This document shows positions 30,133 to 37,987 of a stretch of DNA of 64,000 nt, one piece after another (positions within the stretch are counted from its first letter, which is position 1; each line of letters begins with the position of its first letter). Both the position numbers and the translations under genes were made by a program. The stretch spans positions 96,001 through 160,000 of the forward strand of contig NJBH01000001.1 in the NCBI GenBank assembly GCA_005223125.1, written 5' to 3'. Source of the stretch: Promethearchaeota archaeon Loki_b32 (GTDB taxonomy: Archaea > Asgardarchaeota > Lokiarchaeia > Sigyniarchaeales > SOKP01). A model generated the notes under the pieces. It saw only the letters and a program-made list of their open reading frames with translations, searched no databases and was not told the DNA's origin.

Positions 30133-31026
30133 TTGTACTTGAGAGAGTGTATAATGCAACTATTTAACATTAGTGATAAGGGAGAATTAATAAAGATAGA
30201 TAAGTTAAATTTTGAGGAAGATGATGTTTATCTTGTTGACGATGGGGAAAAGAATACGATTTATATTTGGGTTGGATTGAAAGTACCTCAGAATAAAAAA
30301 GACATTACTGCCGACATTGCAAGAAAATTGGATAAAGAACGAGGTGGATCTGCTAAAATTCTCATAATGAAACAAAAAAGAGAATATGGTTCTTTTTTAG
30401 CGATGATGCATGATCTTAAAAAGGGATTGATACCGGGTAAAACTATTGAACGAAGACCAGAATTCGTGTTTGAAATACCTCCCGAAAGTATCAAATCTAT
30501 AGGACTTGATGGAACTCCAGAAGAGAGAGAAATCAAGATTGAAACAAGAATAGGACAATGGCTTCAGCAAATTAAAGATTATAGAAGGGTTGAACCACAA
30601 AAAAAACTGCAAGAAACTTCAGATGCTGTAAAATTCATTAAGTTTAAAGAATCTCCAGATAAAGTAGAAGTAAATGGTAAATCAGAATTAGAAGCACGGT
30701 TAAAACAAACTGAAGAACGTAGAAAACTTGAACCTGAAGTTGTAGAGTTAAAGCCAGAAGAGCCTGACTTAAAAACACAAGTCAAAGAAACTGCATATTA
30801 CTTATCACTGGATAGATACTCATACAATGAATTGTGTTGGATGTTGGCTGAAAAAATCCAGAAAATGAACATTGATATGCCATCAATCGCAGATATAAAA
30901 AAAAAAGCGGAAGAAGTCTTCAATTCAAGCTGTACATATGATGAACTCTGTTGGTTAAATGCAGAAATGGATATATTGATCGAAAAAAGCTTTCTCGAAA
31001 AGGAAAAGAAGGAATTTAATTATTAA
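30133..31026 (+). CDS. Gelsolin-domain protein with C-terminal helical 'domain X' (1DGelX-type architecture; likely start ATG at 30154)
   Basis: Gelsolin repeat signature DDVYLVD...IYIWVG...ARKLD.ER.G...Q..E...F, followed by a twice-repeated AYY/AEE...Y(N/D)ELCW..AE motif. Confidence 0.82.
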   Translation: MYLRECIMQLFNISDKGELIKIDKLNFEEDDVYLVDDGEKNTIYIWVGLKVPQNKKDITADIARKLDKERGGSAKILIMKQKREYGSFLAMMHDLKKGLIPGKTIERRPEFVFEIPPESIKSIGLDGTPEEREIKIETRIGQWLQQIKDYRRVEPQKKLQETSDAVKFIKFKESPDKVEVNGKSELEARLKQTEERRKLEPEVVELKPEEPDLKTQVKETAYYLSLDRYSYNELCWMLAEKIQKMNIDMPSIADIKKKAEEVFNSSCTYDELCWLNAEMDILIEKSFLEKEKKEFNY

Positions 31027-31056
31027 AAAATATAAATTTAAAATTTTTGACTATTT

Positions 31057-31362
31057 TTATCCACAACAACTATTGTTTTGAGGATTTTTAGCAACATATC
31101 GTGCATTCCATAAACATCCACATCCTTTTTTCTCTTGTAAAACAATTGCCATTGTTGGACAATTTCGTTTGCAAGCAGAACATTCTGTACAGCGTTCTGC
31201 TTCATAAATTTCGTATGTTCCGCCATCATTTTGTATAGGGATTCCAAATGGGCATACCTCACCACATATCCCACACCCTGTGCATAAATCAGGATTGATG
31301 AAAATTTTAGGAATGACTACTGACATCCTTATTTCTGTGGTTTTTGACGCTATTTTTACCAC
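31057..31362 (-). CDS. hgcB: HgcB-like 2[4Fe-4S] ferredoxin
   Basis: CTGCGICGEVCP and CTECSACKRNCP, then GCGC and a C-terminal vicinal CC (SCCG); lies directly downstream of the hgcA-like gene. Confidence 0.8.
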   Translation of the reverse strand: MVKIASKTTEIRMSVVIPKIFINPDLCTGCGICGEVCPFGIPIQNDGGTYEIYEAERCTECSACKRNCPTMAIVLQEKKGCGCLWNARYVAKNPQNNSCCG

Positions 31363-31419
31363 CTCATTTTTATTCTCTTATTTAATAATAGTTTTTATTC
31401 TTATTTATTTTATTTTTTT

Positions 31420-33108
31420 CTAAAATATTAGGTAAAAAATAATACCTATAGCTAAGGTTATTAGGCTAATTATCAATACAATCATATTGATTTTACTAAA
31501 ACTGGGATATTCATCTTGGATTTCACTTGGACTTGTTGCCATAGTATATCCACTATATGACATTGTAGAGAAGAATGCTAACCAAAAGTAAAAGCAAGAG
31601 CTCAACAGAAGAAAGGGTATTGACCCATGAAAAAGCCAAGAAACACTACTTAATAGGAAAACATTAATAGTACCATAAATTAACCCTTTTGTAATAAATT
31701 TGCGAGTGAAATTAGTGATAGGAAAGATTACCATTATTATTGCATTTGTTATTATAATCCAGAGCCAGATCTCACCCACTAACCACAATTTGTTCATATC
31801 TATAGTGTTAAAGAGAGCTAAACCGAGTAAAATTAAAAATAATACAAAACTTGGCATTAAAAATATTTTTCGTATTAAAAAAGTTGTATGCGTTATTGCT
31901 GCTCTTAAACGATGAGAGGCAGTAAATTTTGCCAATTTCATTTTGTCGGTTTTTCTAGCAGGTCTTTCTTTTAAGAACTTGGGCAAATGTTTTGCCCATA
32001 TAGGACCATATAAAACATTAAAAGGAAAGTCAGGAGCCTCACTTTTTAATACTGGTACTGCTATTCCTCCTGCAGCAAGTTGAGGTAAAATTATAGTTTT
32101 CTTTTTCGTAATTTTAGCAATACCCGTAGCTCCTACCGCTTCTATTAATTGTTTGTTCCCAAAATTATCTCCCCGTGCTGCACACCATACATTTATACCT
32201 TTAGAATCAACACATAATACCCAAGCATCTATTCCTTTAAGAGAACGCATAACTTTAATATATGTATAAAGATAATTAGCAGTTACTATAATAGGAGACT
32301 TTTCATCAGGTGTTCCAGATTGATAAATGCCTGGTTCAATTGGTACGTGATCTACTTGTCCTGTAAAAATACAGCGATAGATGCTCATTTGAGATCTAAA
32401 TCCTTTAAATTTTCTAAGACTAGGGCGGTAGTATCCTGGTTCTTTTAAATTTTCATCCTCTACCTTTTTTAATTCAATTACTTGAATAGATCCATGACTC
32501 CATTTTTTTTCTGCTACCATCTTAAAACCTATAGGTTCTAAATAATTGAAAAACCACTTTACTAGAAAAGTACTTTCTAATCGTAGTCTTCTTAATTTTT
32601 TTCTGTACCTCCACCGCTTTATGTTAAATAAAATTTTCCAAATACCTGAAGGAACAAATTCAGCTGCTAAAATCATCCGACCATTCGGTTTCAAAGTTTT
32701 CCATGCATTTCTTAGAAAGACCTGTTGTTCAAATGGCCTAAGTTCTGAAAGCATAAAAGTACTAACAATTAGATCTTTAGAACTATCTTCTACGGGTAGA
32801 TCGCTGATGGAACCTATTTGATATAGAAGTTTTGTACGTTCTTCAGAAGGATAATTTTTCATGGCAGTATTTATCATTTGTAAGTTTTTATCTATTGCAA
32901 GAACATTATTTCCTTTTAAAGCCATTTTTTTAGCAAGAGTTCCTGTCCCACATCCTACTTCTAAGATAATCTGTGGTGCTTTTATCCTTTCTAGTACCCA
33001 ATCATGAACTTTGATATTTGTACCTTTAGTAAGTGCTGTGAATTTTGATTCATATGTTTCTGGTTCTAATTCCAACTTTCTCATATAGACTACAGCGATT
33101 TTAATCAC
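31420..33108 (-). CDS. hgcA: Class I SAM methyltransferase fused to an HgcA-like corrinoid-binding + transmembrane protein
   Basis: The N-terminal ~215 aa have ILEVGCGTG, IVSTFMLSEL and LKPNG. They are followed by PGIY..G.PDEKSPIIVTANY, cap helix GINVWCAARG, LPQLAAGG and YGPI.A..LP.FL. The C-terminal TM bundle ends in MSYSGYTMATSPSEI, like HgcA MNFTG.T..TS.SGV. Confidence 0.82.
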   Translation of the reverse strand: MIKIAVVYMRKLELEPETYESKFTALTKGTNIKVHDWVLERIKAPQIILEVGCGTGTLAKKMALKGNNVLAIDKNLQMINTAMKNYPSEERTKLLYQIGSISDLPVEDSSKDLIVSTFMLSELRPFEQQVFLRNAWKTLKPNGRMILAAEFVPSGIWKILFNIKRWRYRKKLRRLRLESTFLVKWFFNYLEPIGFKMVAEKKWSHGSIQVIELKKVEDENLKEPGYYRPSLRKFKGFRSQMSIYRCIFTGQVDHVPIEPGIYQSGTPDEKSPIIVTANYLYTYIKVMRSLKGIDAWVLCVDSKGINVWCAARGDNFGNKQLIEAVGATGIAKITKKKTIILPQLAAGGIAVPVLKSEAPDFPFNVLYGPIWAKHLPKFLKERPARKTDKMKLAKFTASHRLRAAITHTTFLIRKIFLMPSFVLFLILLGLALFNTIDMNKLWLVGEIWLWIIITNAIIMVIFPITNFTRKFITKGLIYGTINVFLLSSVSWLFHGSIPFLLLSSCFYFWLAFFSTMSYSGYTMATSPSEIQDEYPSFSKINMIVLIISLITLAIGIIFYLIF

Positions 33109-33202
33109 GCCTTTTTATTGTATTTTTTATTGATTGTAAATTAAAAAAAAATAAATATTTATATCTTATAATTTTTAATTTAGATTTAATTGATATATTT
33201 CC

Positions 33203-33238
33203 CTTTAACAACAACCTTCTTTTGATTCCTCATCATCA
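33203..33238. repeat. 36-bp direct repeat, copy 1 (encodes DDEESKEGCC-stop on the minus strand)
   Basis: ctttaacaacaaccttcttttgattcctcatcatca is 35/36 identical to 34090..34125. Confidence 0.9.
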
Positions 33239-33326
33239 TGTTAATATTTATCTCTTCTTTTTGGGGGGATTCAAAATTCAGTGAAATAACCTCATAAAGT
33301 AATTTAGGCAATTTATTAATAATTGT

Positions 33327-33914
33327 TTATTTCTGAAGCAGTTTTGTTGCATTTAGAATGTTAAATCCAAGAATTTCTGCTTGTTTTAACTGGTTTTCTT
33401 GGTTTAAAATATCGCCTGGTTTGTCAGCTACAGCTTTTACCCCAAATAAATCACCTGGAACACATATAATTCCACATGAGAGCATCCATGTATAAATGGC
33501 ATTAAGTGTTATTGTTTGACCTCCCGTTGTTCCACCACCAACCGCAATAGCTCCACCTACTCTCCCTTCTAAAGGTTTTTCGACATCTACCGCAAAGTGT
33601 CTATCAAGTAAGGAGAGTAATTGAGCACTAACATTTAGGAAATAAACAGGACTTGAGATTATAATCGCATTACACCATCGAAACGCATCATAAATTCCTT
33701 GCATATCATCATTAATAACACAAGTACCCGTTTCCCTACATGAGTCGCAGGCATTACAAGGTTTAATTTCTAATTCGCTTAAAAGAAAAATTTTAACATT
33801 CCATCCATTATTTTCAAAAGGTTTTAGAGCATACCTTAAGAGGATTTCACTATTCCCTTTCTTCCTTGGAGTCCCTGATATACCAATAACATTCATTTTT
33901 TTTTTTGAACTCAA
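33327..33914 (-). CDS. Flavodoxin-like iron-sulfur flavoprotein (Isf / NADPH-dependent FMN reductase family)
   Basis: GTPRKKGNS, Isf Cys motif CNACDSC.....C, SPVYF. Confidence 0.88.
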   Translation of the reverse strand: MSSKKKMNVIGISGTPRKKGNSEILLRYALKPFENNGWNVKIFLLSELEIKPCNACDSCRETGTCVINDDMQGIYDAFRWCNAIIISSPVYFLNVSAQLLSLLDRHFAVDVEKPLEGRVGGAIAVGGGTTGGQTITLNAIYTWMLSCGIICVPGDLFGVKAVADKPGDILNQENQLKQAEILGFNILNATKLLQK

Positions 33915-34089
33915 TAATAATTTTGTTAATAGATTATTTTACAAATAATATTTTTTTGATTGCAGTTTTTCTACAAATTGTATTTACTAACTTTTGTATC
34001 CAATCTGTATTTTTTATTGAAATAAAACTGAAAAAAATAAAAATTTTGATCTTATAAATTTTAATATAACCTTAAAGTGAATTCTTTTA

Positions 34090-34125
34090 CTTTAACAACA
34101 CCCTTCTTTTGATTCCTCATCATCA
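34090..34125. repeat. 36-bp direct repeat, copy 2
   Basis: ctttaacaacacccttcttttgattcctcatcatca; the single mismatch to copy 1 is synonymous (GGG/GGT). Confidence 0.9.
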
Positions 34126-34169
34126 CTTTTTGTTTCTTCAGTACAACATTCTTTATCTTTATCTCCCAT
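34092..34169 (-). CDS. Unannotated 25-aa acidic Cys-Cys micropeptide (putative metal-binding)
   Basis: MGDKDKECCTEETKSDDEESKEGCC-stop, with a GAGGT SD 8 nt upstream and its own BRE/TATA plus palindromic operator. Confidence 0.7.
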   Translation of the reverse strand: MGDKDKECCTEETKSDDEESKEGCC

Positions 34170-34209
34170 ATGTAATTACCTCTTTGTTTAAAATTTAATT
34201 TTTAATTAT

Positions 34210-34227
34210 TAGTTAGGTTCCTAACTA
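34210..34227. promoter_or_regulatory. Palindromic operator 1 (putative MarR site)
   Basis: TAGTTAGG-TT-CCTAACTA, abutting a minus-strand CGAAACA-TTTAAATA BRE/TATA-like element upstream of the micropeptide. Confidence 0.78.
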
Positions 34228-34299
34228 TTTAAATGTTTCGTTCCGTATAATTAAGCTCCTAACAAAGATTTAGAGAGATGATAATCTCGCGTAAAACTA

Positions 34300-34764
34300 T
34301 TAGGGTTTTAGTGCGTTTAACAATTTTTGGAGTAATTCTCCCAATATTATGATCTCTTCTTGTTTAATTCCAGGACAACAACCGTTTACAATCGTTTCTA
34401 AAGGAGGGGTAACATTTTTTAAATCTTTCCCTTTTTTTGTAAGCTTAACGAAGAGACTTCTTCTATCGTGAGGATTCGATTCACGAGAGACTAATTTTTT
34501 CTTTTCCATTGTGTCTACCACACCTGTAATTGTAGATCTAGAACAATTACATGTCTCTGCTAAATCTTTAAATTGTTGACTATCAACGCTCCATAATTCC
34601 CTCAGAATGAAATGTTGAGTTGGTGTAAGCTCTAATTCTTGAATATTATCACGTTCCAATTTTTCGTATTTTTTGCTTAAAATATTTATAAGTTCAAAAA
34701 CATCAACAATCTCTTTGGGTTGACAGCAATTATTAGGGGATTCGGGGGTTTTATCTCTACTCAT
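34300..34764 (-). CDS. MarR-family transcriptional regulator with vicinal cysteine pairs
   Basis: LTPTQHFIL, SRSTITGVVDTMEKKKLV.R...DRRS..V.LT.KG. The Cys motifs are NNCCQ, CNC and GCCP. Confidence 0.92.
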   Translation of the reverse strand: MSRDKTPESPNNCCQPKEIVDVFELINILSKKYEKLERDNIQELELTPTQHFILRELWSVDSQQFKDLAETCNCSRSTITGVVDTMEKKKLVSRESNPHDRRSLFVKLTKKGKDLKNVTPPLETIVNGCCPGIKQEEIIILGELLQKLLNALKP

Positions 34765-34806
34765 TTTTTTTTCAGATGATTAGGGTTTTTTTTAATTTTT
34801 AATTAT

Positions 34807-34824
34807 TAGTTAGGTTCCTAACTA
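34807..34824. promoter_or_regulatory. Palindromic operator 2 (putative MarR autoregulatory site)
   Basis: Identical TAGTTAGG-TT-CCTAACTA, abutting a minus-strand TTTATATA box upstream of marR. Confidence 0.8.
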
Positions 34825-35010
34825 TATAAAATTATTTGAAATTTCCACTTGATAAATGATAAATTTTTTTATTTTCCATAAATTAACCTGGAAATTTTAT
34901 TATTTAATAAAATAAAAGAAATATGCTTATATTGGATAATTAGTTAATTTTAAATATTCTTTTTTTTTGTCAATACATAAAAATAATATTCAAAAAAAGA
35001 GGTAATCTAG

Positions 35011-35592
35011 ATGGAAAGTAATAATGATTTGAGTGAGAAACAATATTGGAAGGATGTTATAAAAAAACATCAAAGTGCATTTATAGTATTAATAGTAGCA
35101 GGCGTTTGCGTAATTGTAGGAGCTTTTTTAGTATTGTTTTGGGTTATAGAGATAAATCCCTTCGTCAATCCACGTACAGGTACCTTTGACGATTGGACAC
35201 TAAATTATATCGTTGGCATTACTATTCTTACAATTTTATCGGAGTTGCTATTTGTAGGTATTCCAACAGGAATATTTTTTGTCTTAGGAGGATATTTATA
35301 TTGGCGTAAATTACCTGAAGAAGAAAAGCAAGAATTCAAGGATAGAGAGAAGAAAAAGACTCATAGAAAAAAAGAATACGGCGGGGGCGGTGGTTTTAGC
35401 TTCTTTATGTTTATAGCTTATTGTATTTATATTGCTGTCGACGGAAATTACAATGCAACTTTTGGTAGCCAACCATTTAGTTATTGGATTTATTCATGGC
35501 TCTTAACTCTAATGTGGATATTCATAGTATTTGGTATTCCCATAGGAATTCTACTTATTTCATACTATATATACAAATGGAGAAAAAAATAG
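35011..35592 (+). CDS. Hypothetical four-TM membrane protein with a poly-Gly linker
   Basis: GAGGT SD, four hydrophobic segments, and a charged loop ending in GGGGG. Confidence 0.75.
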   Translation: MESNNDLSEKQYWKDVIKKHQSAFIVLIVAGVCVIVGAFLVLFWVIEINPFVNPRTGTFDDWTLNYIVGITILTILSELLFVGIPTGIFFVLGGYLYWRKLPEEEKQEFKDREKKKTHRKKEYGGGGGFSFFMFIAYCIYIAVDGNYNATFGSQPFSYWIYSWLLTLMWIFIVFGIPIGILLISYYIYKWRKK

Positions 35593-35606
35593 ATATAATT
35601 TACTAA

Positions 35607-35621
35607 TTTTTTTTTTTTTTT
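35607..35621 (+). terminator. Oligo(dT) archaeal-type terminator candidate
   Basis: Run of 15 T just downstream of the 35592 stop, between convergent genes. Confidence 0.4.
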
Positions 35622-35637
35622 AATTTCAATTATCTTC

Positions 35638-37896
35638 TCAAAAAATCTGAAAGACATTTTTTTCTATGAGATTAATGATAATTTCTATATCTTTGGGAGA
35701 ACATTCTTTTCCTGGCAATAAAGAATTCAAGAAAAAATGTTCAGAATTATTGCTTTTCATGAAAGAAATTGCTTTATTGACAAATGCTCTTTCGGTCTGA
35801 CTTAGTTTAACTTTTTCTAACTTATCAATTTTTGTTAGAATTATTGGATAAGTTATCGTAGTATTTAGATGGTGTTTTAGGAATTTTTCAATTGACTTAA
35901 ATGGTTTTATATCCCCAGTAAATTCTTCAATTAATTTACCATAGTATTTGTAGAGGTCATATGTTAAATCTTCAAGAGAATATAAAAAGACTGAAGAAGG
36001 ATGCTCTTTCATGATTAAAATTAGTCGTAGAGTTACAAATTCAGTCATAATAATAACTGAATCTTTATATTCTAATTTGATGGTCTGTGATGTATCTTCA
36101 ATCTTTATTAACTCAATTCCAAAGGAGTGAATAGCTTGTAAAAATCCGGAAATCATTGTTGCGTCAATTTGTTTCTCTGTAAACTTTTGTTGATATACGT
36201 TTAACCCAGATTTTTTATCTGATACAATAATATAATCTAAGTTTAATACATCCATATATTTATCATGGAGTTTCCGAGATTCTTCTATTCTTCTAATTCT
36301 ATATTTTTTAATTTTTTGGTAAGAGAATATGCTAGCAGTGCCAATTGCAATTACAAGTATTACACTTATAACAATCCAAATTGGTTCTACAGTAAATGGA
36401 ACTGGTGGTATTGTTAATTGAAATTCTTGAGATTGAAATCCTATGTCTGTTGCATTGTTCCAAAAGATTTTTGCAGTGTAGGTTCCCTCAATTGAATTTG
36501 AAGGTATTAAATAAGTAAAAAACGTTTCTTCTGATACTACCTCTTTTATTATTGGTTCTTCAAGACCAAAACCTATTGGATTTATTAGATTAAATGTAAG
36601 GTTTCCATCTACAAAAGGCATATTAACAGTAAATTGTAATTCTGAACCGGGTTCCCATTCTAAAATAGGAAGGTTTAAGTTAAAACCAATATTTGGTGAA
36701 TTTGCTGTTATCTTCCATTCAATTCCACCATTTAATGTATTATTAGGAATAATAATTGTATTTTCATCAAATAAAATTTCCGAAGTTTTATTTTCCCAGA
36801 TTTCTCCTAATTTTTGATATACAGTTAGATTATCCCAATTTTTTGGATAAAAGAATTGAAAAAATTGATAATCATAAAATCGTTCGATTACAGGAGTCAA
36901 TGTCCAAACATTTGGGGAATCTTGATTTATTAATCCTGAACCATCACACGTTAATTGCGTTTCTAAATTAAAAGCATAGGTTAAATTGAAGATTAAGTTT
37001 ATCGATTTATTGAAAATAATAGGAATAGTAATATTATGTTCACTTGGAGCAAGATGTATACTTTCGTTTAAAAAACCAGTTCCAGGAGCAACTCCGTCTG
37101 AAATTGGATAGTAAATTCCATCAATATCAGCAGTCATATTAATTTCTTCTGGATAAAACTGACCTACCACTTTTTGGTCTAATTTGTATAGAAAGGGTTC
37201 TCCTGTAGACCCATTAGTCCATTCCCCAATATATTCCGATATATATAAATTTGGATTCGTTGGATTATTGGTAGAAAGCCAATCGTATCCACCATTATCT
37301 TGCGGTAGCATTTCTGTTCCATTCATTACTAAAAAATAATTTCCGGGATTAAGAAAGATTGGGGTAGAAAAATTTTGAATGTACCATTTTATCACGCTTG
37401 ATATATTTATTTGTGTGGACCCATAAATAGTTTCATTTGGTCGATTTAAGACAGAATTATATCCATTAATTTGAACAGATACATTAACTGTGGTAAATGG
37501 AGCATTCTCATCTCCATATATATGGACACCATAAATTTCTGTAGGGTCGATGATATTTATTTGCACTGCGAGTCCTTTTCTGCCTTTATATAAATCTTTC
37601 CCTCCAAAAATATCAGTTTCGATATCTTTAATTTCCCGTTTAGATTGAATATCAGTAATATTTAACTCAATATTAGTTAAATTCCAAGTTTCAGAGGTTA
37701 AAGGAAATACAATTGAGCTAGTGTTTAATATTTCACCATTGGCTTCTCCAAATTCTAATATTTTAAATTCAGAATTTACTATGTAAAGGTCTCCATTACT
37801 TTGAGCATTTGAAAAAGAAACAAAAGCATTTGAAATAAGAGCAAGACTACAAATAAATAACAAAACTATTATTATTTGATTATTTTTTTTATGCAA
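35638..37896 (-). CDS. Single-pass membrane protein: signal peptide, large Asn-rich extracellular region, TM helix, cytoplasmic longin/roadblock-like domain
   Basis: N-terminal hydrophobic signal, many N-x-S/T sequons, TM IWIVISVILVIAIGTASIFSY, then YIIVSDKKSGLNVY...MISGFLQAIHSFGIEL. Confidence 0.75.
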   Translation of the reverse strand: MHKKNNQIIIVLLFICSLALISNAFVSFSNAQSNGDLYIVNSEFKILEFGEANGEILNTSSIVFPLTSETWNLTNIELNITDIQSKREIKDIETDIFGGKDLYKGRKGLAVQINIIDPTEIYGVHIYGDENAPFTTVNVSVQINGYNSVLNRPNETIYGSTQINISSVIKWYIQNFSTPIFLNPGNYFLVMNGTEMLPQDNGGYDWLSTNNPTNPNLYISEYIGEWTNGSTGEPFLYKLDQKVVGQFYPEEINMTADIDGIYYPISDGVAPGTGFLNESIHLAPSEHNITIPIIFNKSINLIFNLTYAFNLETQLTCDGSGLINQDSPNVWTLTPVIERFYDYQFFQFFYPKNWDNLTVYQKLGEIWENKTSEILFDENTIIIPNNTLNGGIEWKITANSPNIGFNLNLPILEWEPGSELQFTVNMPFVDGNLTFNLINPIGFGLEEPIIKEVVSEETFFTYLIPSNSIEGTYTAKIFWNNATDIGFQSQEFQLTIPPVPFTVEPIWIVISVILVIAIGTASIFSYQKIKKYRIRRIEESRKLHDKYMDVLNLDYIIVSDKKSGLNVYQQKFTEKQIDATMISGFLQAIHSFGIELIKIEDTSQTIKLEYKDSVIIMTEFVTLRLILIMKEHPSSVFLYSLEDLTYDLYKYYGKLIEEFTGDIKPFKSIEKFLKHHLNTTITYPIILTKIDKLEKVKLSQTERAFVNKAISFMKSNNSEHFFLNSLLPGKECSPKDIEIIINLIEKNVFQIF

Positions 37897-37987
37897 AATT
37901 ACCCGTAAAACACTGTTACATTTTTGTACTTTAATTAAAACAAATAACTATTTTTCTAAATATTACACGAAATATTGACTTATATAA

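Noticed and set aside
31038-31274. 78-aa ORF overlapping hgcB in another frame
   Set aside because: The overlapping frame has two clear 4Fe-4S motifs; this one has no features.
31420-33108. Interpretation as CdhE/AcsC (CFeSP large subunit) or as ArsM
   Set aside because: It lacks the N-terminal Fe-S and TIM-barrel regions of CdhE, and has a Cys cap helix, a TM bundle and an adjacent HgcB-like gene. The MTase domain lacks the multiple conserved Cys of ArsM.
33203-34125. Direct repeats as an IS/transposon target-site duplication or a CRISPR remnant
   Set aside because: There is no transposase, terminal inverted repeat or cas gene. Only two copies exist, 0.89 kb apart, and the repeat is peptide-coding.
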